Numbered from the stretch's first letter, positions 45,285 through 54,300 are shown. The stretch is 64,000 bases of DNA from Acidimicrobiaceae bacterium (GCA_947447175.1 CANFIM010000005.1:4376-68375), one strand, 5' to 3'. Notes: generated by a model from the letters alone, not told the origin. A program made the numbers and translations.

Positions 45285-47830
45285 TGAGCAGCCTTCGCTC
45301 TGATTTCCTAGCGACTCTCTCGTATGAGCCAGATCACTTCCAAGTGATGGCAATGGACTCGATTGATAGTGATGCTTCAGTTCTTGTGGCAGCGCCAACA
45401 GGTTCTGGAAAAACATTGATAGCCGAGTACGGCATTGCTCGTGCTCGGTCTCTGAAGAAACGAGCTTTTTACACCACGCCAATTAAGGCTCTTTCTAATC
45501 AGAAATACAGAGACTTGTGTGATTTATACGGTGCACACAAGGTGGGCTTGGTAACCGGCGACAACGCAGTTAATCCCGATGCCGAAGTGGTTGTAATGAC
45601 AACTGAAGTACTCCGCAACATGATCTACGCCTCTTCCTCACGGCTCAATGATTTAGGTGTTGTTGTGTTGGACGAAGTGCATTATTTACAAGATGCGTAC
45701 CGCGGCCCAGTGTGGGAAGAAGTAATCATTCAACTCGACCCTGTTGTGCAATTGGTGTGCCTGTCTGCCACCGTGTCAAATGCCGATGAAGTAGCCGAAT
45801 GGCTATCAACGGTTCGCGGCCGTACAGATGTTGTTGTGGAGACAACTCGTCCTATCGAACTTGTCAATCATTTCGCTATGCATGACAATGCGACCGATCG
45901 CACGGAAATGTACGACACCATTGTGGGAGGTGAAGGGAACCGCCATGTGATGCGACTTCTTGCAGGTGGTCGACCAGAGGGCGGGCGAAAGGGCTCACCC
46001 GGATCTCATAAGAAGAAGCGTTTCTCACCGCCGAGCCGTCCAGAGATTGTGGACCTCCTGCACGCCTCTTCAATGCTTCCAGCCATTGTGTTTATTTTCA
46101 GTCGAGCACAATGCGAAGACGCGGTGCGCTCCTGCATGAGAGCAGGAATAGTCCTTACCTCTATGGAGGAAGAATCTTCCATTCGCGAAATTGTTGAGCG
46201 CCATTGCGACTCTCTCACGTTTGATGATCGACAGGCATTGGAGTACGACTATTTTCTCGACGATGTAGCTACCGGGGTGGCGTGCCATCACGCAGGAATG
46301 ATTCCAATGTTCAAAGAAGCGGTTGAAGAATGCTTCGTCAAAGGCCTCATTAAGGTTGTATTCGCTACAGAAACATTGGCTGTTGGTATCAACATGCCAG
46401 CCCGTGCGGTTGTTATAGAAAAGCTCACAAAATACACGGGTGAGCATCATCAACTTCTGAAGGCGTCGGAATTTACTCAACTCACTGGGCGCGCTGGCCG
46501 AAGAGGACTGGACGACATTGGCCACGCCATCTCGATATGGAATCCATTTGTCACTTTCGACCAAGTGGTGGGCTTGTCGCTGAGCCGTAGTTTCCGGTTG
46601 TCGTCAGCATTTCGTCCTACATTCAATATGGCCGTCAACATGGTGCGACGTCACTCGCACGACGGAACTCATCACATCCTGAATCTTTCATTTGCCCAGT
46701 TTCAAGCCGACCGAGACGTAGTGCTTTCAGAGGCTTCATTAGAAAAACGTCGACGTGAACTTGCGCTGCTTGAGAGAAGTGCACCTATTGAAGAGCCCAC
46801 TGAGCCGTCTTCGGCCTCCCAAGCGTCTTCTGTTGAAGCAGAGATTGCTCTACGTGCTTTACGGCCAGGAGACGTTGTGGTGTTTGATGCCTCAAACATC
46901 CGAGGTCGTGGACTCATTCTCAGCACAGCAGCACGCAGGTCAGGTATCCGTCTCACGGTGGTAACTCCGAGTCGCAAAATTATTGATGTAATGGCAAAAG
47001 ATCTTCGTTCTATTCCGGCACGAGGTGCCCACGTTGATCTCCCTGTTCCGTTCGAACCAGCGCGAACAGAGTTTGTAAAAGAAGCCGTAGCACGACTGGT
47101 AAGGGCTCGCGTCGACGACATTATTGAACGCCCCATAGAACAAGGCGAAGCTCATAACGCGGCTGATGCTTCTCCTTCTCATAAGAACATCAAGCGAATT
47201 CGCAGAGAAATTGAGCAGATGGAGGAACGTTCGAAGAATCGATCTGGTTCAGTGAGCGCACGTTTCACCGATGTCATTGAACTTTTGGAAGAACTTGAAT
47301 ACATCAACGATTGGGAATTGACAGACAAAGGCGAAACCCTTGCTGGAATCTTCCATGAATCTGACCTTCTCATTGTTGAAACAATGAATCGGGGAGTACT
47401 CGACAACCTGAGCGTCAACGACCTAGTTGCCGTTCTTTCCACTGTCATTTACGAACCTCGCGGCGGTGACACTGGCGGAACTACTCGTTGGCCCACTGAC
47501 TTAGTACGTCAACGATTTAAGAGAATCGAAAAGATCAGTCTGCAAATTCAAGACCTCCAACGTGCGAGGGGCTTGCATCAACACCGTGCGCCTAATGGTG
47601 GTCTTTCTAACGAGACCGCAGCATGGGCCAGCGGTAAACCGCTTTCAAAGATTCTTGATCCAGAGCTAACTCCGGGAGACTTTGTACGAAGCATGAGGCA
47701 ATTGATTGACCTTCTTCGACAAATTGTCACTACAACCTCAAATGAATCGTTGAGAGAGACAGCAACACAAGCAATTGCTGCAATTGACAGAGGTGTTGTG
47801 TCAGCAGCCCATGGAGACTCTGCAGCATGA
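45284..47830 (+). CDS. helY: Ski2-like DEAD/DEAH-box RNA helicase HelY
   Basis: ATG 45284 overlaps the tatC stop (TAATG). Motif I is AAPTGSGKT, motif II is DEVH, motif III is SAT, motif VI is QLTGRAGRRG. A C-terminal DSHCT-like region is present. Confidence 0.9.
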   Translation: MSSLRSDFLATLSYEPDHFQVMAMDSIDSDASVLVAAPTGSGKTLIAEYGIARARSLKKRAFYTTPIKALSNQKYRDLCDLYGAHKVGLVTGDNAVNPDAEVVVMTTEVLRNMIYASSSRLNDLGVVVLDEVHYLQDAYRGPVWEEVIIQLDPVVQLVCLSATVSNADEVAEWLSTVRGRTDVVVETTRPIELVNHFAMHDNATDRTEMYDTIVGGEGNRHVMRLLAGGRPEGGRKGSPGSHKKKRFSPPSRPEIVDLLHASSMLPAIVFIFSRAQCEDAVRSCMRAGIVLTSMEEESSIREIVERHCDSLTFDDRQALEYDYFLDDVATGVACHHAGMIPMFKEAVEECFVKGLIKVVFATETLAVGINMPARAVVIEKLTKYTGEHHQLLKASEFTQLTGRAGRRGLDDIGHAISIWNPFVTFDQVVGLSLSRSFRLSSAFRPTFNMAVNMVRRHSHDGTHHILNLSFAQFQADRDVVLSEASLEKRRRELALLERSAPIEEPTEPSSASQASSVEAEIALRALRPGDVVVFDASNIRGRGLILSTAARRSGIRLTVVTPSRKIIDVMAKDLRSIPARGAHVDLPVPFEPARTEFVKEAVARLVRARVDDIIERPIEQGEAHNAADASPSHKNIKRIRREIEQMEERSKNRSGSVSARFTDVIELLEELEYINDWELTDKGETLAGIFHESDLLIVETMNRGVLDNLSVNDLVAVLSTVIYEPRGGDTGGTTRWPTDLVRQRFKRIEKISLQIQDLQRARGLHQHRAPNGGLSNETAAWASGKPLSKILDPELTPGDFVRSMRQLIDLLRQIVTTTSNESLRETATQAIAAIDRGVVSAAHGDSAA

Positions 47831-48447
47831 CAATCGAAAAGGGAAAAGAGTGGGGAACTCCCATCGCAGTTCCATCTCATCGCGTCTTTGTTACATCTGA
47901 TCGCGAATTGGCCAATGCAACATCAGAGGAGATTATTTCTGTTGTGGGAGGAGATGTTTGGCGTGCATTGGGTATGCCTGTCGCTACGTCAGAATCCACT
48001 ACAGGCATGTTGCTCCCTCTTGATGCATTAGAGGTTTCGGTGACAGCAGAAGGTGGCACTACAACCGTGTTGGCAGCATCGTGCGTTGAAATAGGTCGTT
48101 GGCGATATGTACCACTACTTCAAAATAGATCTCGTTATGTGTGTATTTCCAATGCCGGATTAGTTGGCAAGCGTTCAATTGCACCGAGAGCGCATCCCAA
48201 CGATGGAAAGTTTGAAGTGATGACGCTGGCAGGGGAGATGGACGTGCGACAACGGCGACTCTCGTACAAACGGTCCATTACGGGAACCCATGTTCCTCAT
48301 CCGTTCATTGAAATCAAACAGGCCGTTTCAATCGATATAGCTCGACAGAGTTCACGTGAGATTTTGCACATTGACCACATTCATATCTCACAGTGGGACA
48401 GCATTTCCGTTGCAATTTCTCCAGATCACTGGAATCTGTTCGTGTAG
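47827..48447 (+). CDS. hypothetical protein with degenerate DAG-kinase/YegS-like features
   Basis: 206 aa. The start overlaps the helY stop (ATGA). VVGGDVWRAL occupies the position of the GGDGT motif. AHPNDGKFEVMTL...GTHV resembles the C-terminal beta-domain of DAGK_cat/YegS proteins. Confidence 0.5.
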   Translation: MTIEKGKEWGTPIAVPSHRVFVTSDRELANATSEEIISVVGGDVWRALGMPVATSESTTGMLLPLDALEVSVTAEGGTTTVLAASCVEIGRWRYVPLLQNRSRYVCISNAGLVGKRSIAPRAHPNDGKFEVMTLAGEMDVRQRRLSYKRSITGTHVPHPFIEIKQAVSIDIARQSSREILHIDHIHISQWDSISVAISPDHWNLFV

Positions 48448-48464
48448 CCACCTACGGTATTGAT

Positions 48465-49457
48465 ATGCAAGCTTGGATTTTGGATGAGTCACCTGGACAG
48501 TATCGATGGGGAGACATTGAAGATCCCACACCCGCACCAGATGAAGTGCGTATTCGCGTTGTAGCCAGTGCACTCAATCACATGGACTTATGGGTAACGC
48601 GAGGAATGCCGAAGCCACCATTGCCCCATATTCCCGGTTGCGATACCGCAGGCATTGTGGACATGGTGGGCGCCGAGGTAACCGGAGTCCAGATTGGTGA
48701 CGAGGTTGTAGTGAACCCCGGAGTATCACCGGTGGAAGACATTGTTGCGTTAGGAAACAATTCTCCATACGGACCAGGTTTCATGATTTGGGGTGAACAT
48801 TGCCGCGGAGGTCACGCCACGTATGCAATTGTTCCTGGCCGCAACGTGCGACTGCGGCCACAAAGTCGCTCTTGGGTTGAGTGTGCTGCATTTCCATTGG
48901 CGTATGTCACTGCATTGCGAATGTTGAATAGGGCACGGGTCTCTGCCGGCGAAACCGTCTTGATTGTCGGTATTGGTTCGGGCGTATCTACTGCTGCATT
49001 GTCAATTGCACGACACATGGGCGCCAATGTCATTGTCACTAGTAGAGATGAAACCAAGCGCTCTCAAGCAATTGAACTTGGAGCCATGCAAGCCGTGGAC
49101 TCAGCCGAGGCGAAATGGAATGTGCAAGCAGATGTTGTTGTTGAAAGCGTTGGTCCTGCAACGTGGGATAACTCCATGCGAGCTCTGAATCCCGGTGGTC
49201 GATTAGTTGTTTGTGGCGGAACTTCCGGTCCACAGGTCAATGTGAATCTTCCTCGATTGTTTTTTAAGCAATATGAAATCATCGGCTCGTCAATGGGCAG
49301 CTATCAAGAGTTTGATCAGTTGCTGACTCTCGTTGAAAATGGACTTCCTATCGCAGTAGATAGCGTGCACGCACTTTCCGATTATTCATCAGCACTTGCT
49401 CGTCTCGAGCGTGGTGAGCAATTAGGGAAGATTGTGTTACAGCACGAAGGCATATAA
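48465..49457 (+). CDS. zinc-type alcohol dehydrogenase / quinone oxidoreductase (MDR superfamily)
   Basis: ATG 48465 (MQAWILDESPG). GroES-like N-domain, with a Rossmann VGIGSGVS motif. Confidence 0.8.
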   Translation: MQAWILDESPGQYRWGDIEDPTPAPDEVRIRVVASALNHMDLWVTRGMPKPPLPHIPGCDTAGIVDMVGAEVTGVQIGDEVVVNPGVSPVEDIVALGNNSPYGPGFMIWGEHCRGGHATYAIVPGRNVRLRPQSRSWVECAAFPLAYVTALRMLNRARVSAGETVLIVGIGSGVSTAALSIARHMGANVIVTSRDETKRSQAIELGAMQAVDSAEAKWNVQADVVVESVGPATWDNSMRALNPGGRLVVCGGTSGPQVNVNLPRLFFKQYEIIGSSMGSYQEFDQLLTLVENGLPIAVDSVHALSDYSSALARLERGEQLGKIVLQHEGI

Positions 49458-49459
49458 CC

Positions 49460-50665
49460 ATGGAAAATTCCGTAGATGTTGACAAATTGAAGAGCGCTGC
49501 GTGTGAGCGTATTGATGCGGTGGCACAACGCCTGATTGAAGTAAGCCATGAGATTCATGCTCACCCAGAACAGAACTTCGAGGAACATTTTGCTGCGGAG
49601 TTAATGACACGCACAGCGAACGATCTGGGCTTAGAGACAGAGTTGGGTACGTTTGGTTGCGACACGTCGTTCTCTGCTGAAAGTGGTGCTGGTCCAACTG
49701 TCTGCATCATGAGCGAATACGACGCATTGCCAGAAATTGGTCATGGTTGTGGACACAACGTCATTGCCGCAGCGGGGTTAGGCGCAGCCCTTGGGTTGTC
49801 AGTGGTCAGTAATGCGAGTGGTGGTCGACTTCGATATTTAGGAACCCCAGCTGAAGAAGGTGGCGGCGGAAAAATTACCATGGCACAACACGGCGCATTG
49901 AATGGTGTTGATATTGCCATGATGGTTCATTCTGCTGATGCTGACCTCACAACTATTGATGCAATCGCACTGCAACAGCTTTTTATTGAGTACACAGGTG
50001 AAGAGTCACATGCGGCTGCAGCTCCGCACAAGGGCCGCAATGCGCTCGACGCCGCAGTCCTCGGATACATGGCGGTGGGAATGCTTCGTCAACACATGAT
50101 GCCCAGCGAACGAGTACATGGCGTATTTCGTCGCGGGGGAGACAAACCCAACATCGTTCCCAATGACGCAGCAACGGAGTGGTACGTCAGGTCCGACACC
50201 ATTGATTCGTTGAACGAACTAAAACCTCGTGTACTTGCGGCACTGGAGTCCGGAGCACATGCGTGTGGATGTTCTTCATCTCACGAGTGGATAGGCGCCC
50301 CCTATGCCGACATGGTCACCAATGCCGCCCTTGCGGCCTCGTATGCCACCAATGCCTCATTGTTGGGACGAACTGTTGGTGACCCTCGCATCACTGGCCA
50401 TCGAGTGGTGGGAAGCACTGACATGGGCAATGTCAGTCATCTCGTTCCTTCGATTCACCCAATGATTTCGTCTGCTACCCGAGGCACCAGCATTCACACC
50501 AAAGACTTTGCCCGACAATCAATATCCACAATGGCAGACCAAGCAGTTATTGACGGAGCCAAGGCCATGGCCATGACAGCAATCGATTTCTGGACTTCAC
50601 CCGATCGACAGGCAGCCATCGCGCAAGAATTTGCAAACACCAACCCCAGCAAGGATGTTTTGTAG
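49460..50665 (+). CDS. M20-family amidohydrolase/peptidase (AbgB/YxeP-like)
   Basis: 401 aa. Blocks are SHEIHAHPE and IGHGCGHN, with a dimerisation-domain insertion. Confidence 0.8.
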   Translation: MENSVDVDKLKSAACERIDAVAQRLIEVSHEIHAHPEQNFEEHFAAELMTRTANDLGLETELGTFGCDTSFSAESGAGPTVCIMSEYDALPEIGHGCGHNVIAAAGLGAALGLSVVSNASGGRLRYLGTPAEEGGGGKITMAQHGALNGVDIAMMVHSADADLTTIDAIALQQLFIEYTGEESHAAAAPHKGRNALDAAVLGYMAVGMLRQHMMPSERVHGVFRRGGDKPNIVPNDAATEWYVRSDTIDSLNELKPRVLAALESGAHACGCSSSHEWIGAPYADMVTNAALAASYATNASLLGRTVGDPRITGHRVVGSTDMGNVSHLVPSIHPMISSATRGTSIHTKDFARQSISTMADQAVIDGAKAMAMTAIDFWTSPDRQAAIAQEFANTNPSKDVL

Positions 50666-50711
50666 CAGGTATCCCTAGGCGGTACGCGCACAAAACATAG
50701 GCTGAACAACT

Positions 50712-52313
50712 GTGACGGTTTACGTTCCCGAAGAATTTACAGACGCAGAATCCGACGTTTTGCGTCGGTACTTCACCAACCTTGATCAGCCGGTGTTCGC
50801 ATTGGTCAATCTTCCTGAGGTGGTGAAGGGTGCATTGTTTGCGCGATACAGCCGTAGTCCACGAAGTCTCCGACGTTTATTTCTCGATGAGTTTGTTAAT
50901 GACTTGGAGATCTCAGGCGACCAAGCTGTTGACGCCACAATCGGCGTAGACCGAGCAGAAACACTCTACGAAAGAGTCTTTGTTGAATACGGAGACGACT
51001 CCGTTGCTCAACTTGGCGGTGTTCACCTTGCATGCGAGCAGGCTTCCAACATTCTCACGAAGATTCTTGAGTGGGGCCGCCTCATGAGTTACCTCGAACA
51101 AAGCACTCGCTATATCGCTTATGACGAGCGCCTCGGAGGCAGATTCCGCTATTATCGCGACCCAGATTTGGTGGCAAGCAAATTCGGTACTCGGTATGTA
51201 GGGGACATGGATCGCATGTTCGATTCCTACAGCCAATTGGCTGAGATTGTCACCAATCACGTTCGCGAAACTGTGCCAAAAGTAGCGGGAGATAGCGATT
51301 TCATTTATCGCCAGGCAACCCGCGCAAAAGCTCTTGACGCCGTTCGTGGCGCCCTGCCATCCGCGTCGTTGTCAAACGTTGGCATCTACGGCAGTGGTCA
51401 AGCTTTTGAACAGCTTCTTCTTCGCATGCGCGCGCACCCATTGCCAGAATCTCGTCTCTATGCAGACATGATGCTCACTGAACTACGCAAAGTAATTCCG
51501 TCATTCCTTCGTCGAGTTGATATCGCTGATCGCGGTGGGAAATGGTCTGATTACCTGTCAACAAATACAGCAAACATGAACTCGATTGTCGACGAGATTT
51601 TCGGATCATCAATCGCCAACGATGTTGATGAAGTGTCCCTAGTGGACTTCGACCCTGACGGTGAGAACAAATTGGTCGCGGCTGCGTGCTACCAGTATTC
51701 ACATCTTCCCGAGTCACAGATCATTGCCAAGGTTGAAAAGATGACCACTGCGGAGAAGACACAAATTCTCACTGCATACATTGGCAACCGAGATAATCGC
51801 CGACACCGCCCTGGACGCGCATTTGAACGTATCGACTACCGATTCGACGTCCTTAGTGATTATGGCGCTTTCCGCGACCTTCAACGACACCGCCTTCTCA
51901 CCATCGAGTGGCAGCCCCTTACGCCATACCATGGCTACACACGCCCAGACTTGGTTGATACAGCGGGTGCAGCAGACATGTTTGACGAGGTAATGGATCG
52001 TTCATCGTCTTTGTACGAAACTCTTGTGGCCGATTATCCAAACCAAGCTGCATACGCAGTGTCGATGGCTTATCGCATTCGCTACAACATGCAGTTCAAC
52101 GCTCGCGAGGCGATGCACATGCTTGAGCTTCGTTCTAGCCCGCAGGGCCACCCCTCATACCGACGAGTGGCTCTCGAGATGCACCGCCTGATTGCCGAAA
52201 AGGCCGGTCACCACGCAGTGGCAGACGCAATGACACACATGACTCAGGAGGCACCAGAACTGGAGCGCCTTGAGTCAGAACGTCGCGCAGAATCCCGCAG
52301 AAACGCAAAATAG
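50712..52313 (+). CDS. long ThyX-fold (Thy1 domain) protein, apparent tandem fusion of two ThyX-like halves
   Basis: 533 aa with a GTG start. The N-half has LEQSTRY (ThyX SxRY) and RQATRAKALDAVRGALP. The C-half has FRDLQRHRLLT (ThyX RHR) and AAYAVSMAYRIRYNMQFNAREAMHMLELRSS (compare ThyX ARAVLP...WRHFIAMR). Confidence 0.6.
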   Translation: MTVYVPEEFTDAESDVLRRYFTNLDQPVFALVNLPEVVKGALFARYSRSPRSLRRLFLDEFVNDLEISGDQAVDATIGVDRAETLYERVFVEYGDDSVAQLGGVHLACEQASNILTKILEWGRLMSYLEQSTRYIAYDERLGGRFRYYRDPDLVASKFGTRYVGDMDRMFDSYSQLAEIVTNHVRETVPKVAGDSDFIYRQATRAKALDAVRGALPSASLSNVGIYGSGQAFEQLLLRMRAHPLPESRLYADMMLTELRKVIPSFLRRVDIADRGGKWSDYLSTNTANMNSIVDEIFGSSIANDVDEVSLVDFDPDGENKLVAAACYQYSHLPESQIIAKVEKMTTAEKTQILTAYIGNRDNRRHRPGRAFERIDYRFDVLSDYGAFRDLQRHRLLTIEWQPLTPYHGYTRPDLVDTAGAADMFDEVMDRSSSLYETLVADYPNQAAYAVSMAYRIRYNMQFNAREAMHMLELRSSPQGHPSYRRVALEMHRLIAEKAGHHAVADAMTHMTQEAPELERLESERRAESRRNAK

Positions 52314-52324
52314 TAGAATTTCCG

Positions 52325-52342
52325 CAGTGACCGCGGTCACTG
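52325..52342 (+). terminator. perfect 18-nt palindrome downstream of the ThyX-like gene (possible terminator or protein-binding site)
   Basis: CAGTGACCGCGGTCACTG gives a 7-bp stem with a CGCG loop. It lies 12 nt after the stop, and a T-rich run (ATCTTTT) follows only after 10 nt. Confidence 0.4.
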
Positions 52343-52433
52343 GTATTGAAATCTTTTCCTAGCATTCGTGCGTTGGCACAACTTTGTGTCTAATATCCCG
52401 CCGCGAGTGTTGTCGCAAAAAGAGGAGCTCCCC

Positions 52434-52880
52434 GTGGCAAAAGACGAAATCGAACCAGAAGAGATTGATGAAGAAATCGAGATTGATGGCGAAGAGCTAG
52501 ACATCCTCGAAGACGATCTTGATGACGATGCGTTGTTAACAGAAGACGATGAACTCGCTGACGATTCTGACGATGATTCAGTCGGAGCCACCATTGTTCG
52601 CAAGCCCGGAGACGATGACGACGACGAAGACGACATGGTCGCACCCGACGATGTTGAAGAAGATCTCGCGGCCATCCTTGATGACAGGCTCAAGTCAGAG
52701 GACTTGCCAGCAGAGGAAGACGAGGTTGTTGAAGTTGATGACCGCAATGCCGGCGACGACGCTTTGCAACCAAAGCGCGCCGATGAAGTGCAGTGCTCAG
52801 TGTGTTTCTTGTTGGTGCGCCCCAATGCACCAACGTGTCCAATGAGCGACGACACCTGTCCGGTTTTCGTTAACAAGTGA
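52434..52880 (+). CDS. highly acidic protein with C-terminal Cys4 zinc-ribbon-like motif (DUF4193-like)
   Basis: GTG 52434 is preceded by an AGAGGAG SD. About 110 aa of D/E-rich sequence come first, then QPKRADEVQCSVCFLLVRPNAPTCPMSDDTCP. That tail resembles the DUF4193 C-terminus as I recall it. Confidence 0.6.
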   Translation: MAKDEIEPEEIDEEIEIDGEELDILEDDLDDDALLTEDDELADDSDDDSVGATIVRKPGDDDDDEDDMVAPDDVEEDLAAILDDRLKSEDLPAEEDEVVEVDDRNAGDDALQPKRADEVQCSVCFLLVRPNAPTCPMSDDTCPVFVNK

Positions 52881-53068
52881 TGAATCCATTCGAGATCCAT
52901 ACAAAGGTGTGGCGACTCATCACGCATACAATTTCTGATATGCGCAAACAAGCACCTGGTGCTCGGATGGTGGGCGAGTTCGCCGTCAAGCAGGCATCAA
53001 AAGAGGCCTCAAAGAAGATTTCGTCATTCACTCAGACACAAGATTCAGCGAACCAATCTGATTCTTGA
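52877..53068 (+). CDS. small hypothetical protein
   Basis: 62-63 aa. Its GTG/ATG start overlaps the previous stop (GTGATGA). No family recognised and coding status is uncertain. Confidence 0.3.
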   Translation: MMNPFEIHTKVWRLITHTISDMRKQAPGARMVGEFAVKQASKEASKKISSFTQTQDSANQSDS

Positions 53069-53072
53069 TCCA

Positions 53073-53513
53073 ATGTCTTCTCCAGCTATTTTGATTCGTT
53101 TTGCGCAGGCATCAGATCAATTAGCACTGTTGCATCTACAGCAAGAGGCCCACACTGAAGCCACGCGGTATCGCGGTTCAACACCTGACTCAATGGTCGG
53201 GGGCACCAGCATTATTGCTGTAGTTGGTTCTTCGATAGTTGGTTATCTGAACTATGTCATCAGCGATTCTCACGCCACCATCACGTCAGTCCATGTACAT
53301 GTTGATGCAAGAGAAGTTGGCATCGGTGACAGTTTGGTTCACTTTGCGATTTCTGAATTAAAAAAAGACAATGTGGAGTGGATTTCAGCCAGTGCACAAC
53401 CTGGCGATAGAGATCTGAAGAATTTATTTGAGCGTCACGGCTTGGTTGCGCAACGCATCATTGTTGGTAAATCGCTTAGCGACCCTTCCACTGCGGAGCG
53501 CGCTTCTCAATAA
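53073..53513 (+). CDS. GNAT-family N-acetyltransferase
   Basis: ATG 53073 (MSSPAILIRFAQASD). The acetyl-CoA motif A region is VHVHVDAREVGIGDSLV. Confidence 0.7.
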   Translation: MSSPAILIRFAQASDQLALLHLQQEAHTEATRYRGSTPDSMVGGTSIIAVVGSSIVGYLNYVISDSHATITSVHVHVDAREVGIGDSLVHFAISELKKDNVEWISASAQPGDRDLKNLFERHGLVAQRIIVGKSLSDPSTAERASQ

Positions 53514-54258
53514 ACGCCATAAGACCCTCTTTGGTGTCTTCTGATTTCATGATGGGTGCAAATTCAGCATTCGTCATTTTGATGAGGTTCTCATCAGACT
53601 CATACGCTGATGCCAACACGACACGACGGCTTGCAGCAACTGCCATTGGCGCCGAGGTTGCAATCTTTTCGCCCAAGGCAATAGCTGCTTCAAGTGCTTT
53701 CCCTGGCTCCACAACGTGGTTCACGAGACCCAATTGGTGAGCTCGCTCTGCAAGAAGCGGGTCTCCAGTAAGAATTACTTCCATTGCTGCAGCCTTACCG
53801 ATGGCACGGGGGAGTCGGAATAGACCACCTGCACCGGCAATGAGGTTGCGCTTCACTTCAGCTAGACCGAATGACGAGCGAGTGGTGGCAATCACCATGT
53901 CAGCTGCAAGAACAATTTCACAGCCGCCAGCCGTGGCAAGTCCATCGACAGCAGCGATAACAGGTTTATTTCTTTCGCGATAAACGAAACCAGCGAAGCC
54001 ACCACGCTTGGTGCCCAAAGTTTGTCCACCCGCATTCAGTGCTTTCAGGTCAGCCCCTGCACAAAAAACTGGCGACTTGTGTCCTTCAGTATTGGCAGTG
54101 AGAACACCCACCCATACGTTGTCATCAGATTCAAGGCGGTCGATTGCTTCTTCCATCGCCTGAGCCAATTCATCGTTCACTGCGTTACGAGCGTCCGGAC
54201 GATTGAGAGTGATGATGGCCACTTGGCCTTTGACTTCATAGGTGACCATGTTTGACAT
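53476..54258 (-). CDS. enoyl-CoA hydratase (crotonase family)
   Basis: VLTANTEGHKSPVFCAGADL oxyanion motif and a C-terminal FIEKRAPQWKGR. Start taken at ATG 54258 (MSNMVTYEV); the track gives 54285. The 3' end overlaps the convergent GNAT gene by 38 nt. Confidence 0.85.
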   Translation of the reverse strand: MSNMVTYEVKGQVAIITLNRPDARNAVNDELAQAMEEAIDRLESDDNVWVGVLTANTEGHKSPVFCAGADLKALNAGGQTLGTKRGGFAGFVYRERNKPVIAAVDGLATAGGCEIVLAADMVIATTRSSFGLAEVKRNLIAGAGGLFRLPRAIGKAAAMEVILTGDPLLAERAHQLGLVNHVVEPGKALEAAIALGEKIATSAPMAVAASRRVVLASAYESDENLIKMTNAEFAPIMKSEDTKEGLMAFIEKRAPQWKGR

Positions 54259-54300
54259 ACCGCCACCGTAGTGGGGGTCAAACAAAGACCCGAAGTTGTT

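Noticed and set aside
52337-52951. 204-aa Ser-rich minus-strand ORF
   Set aside because: It is the antisense shadow of the GAN-rich (Asp/Glu) coding repeat of the DUF4193-like gene. The product is low-complexity poly-Ser with no start context.
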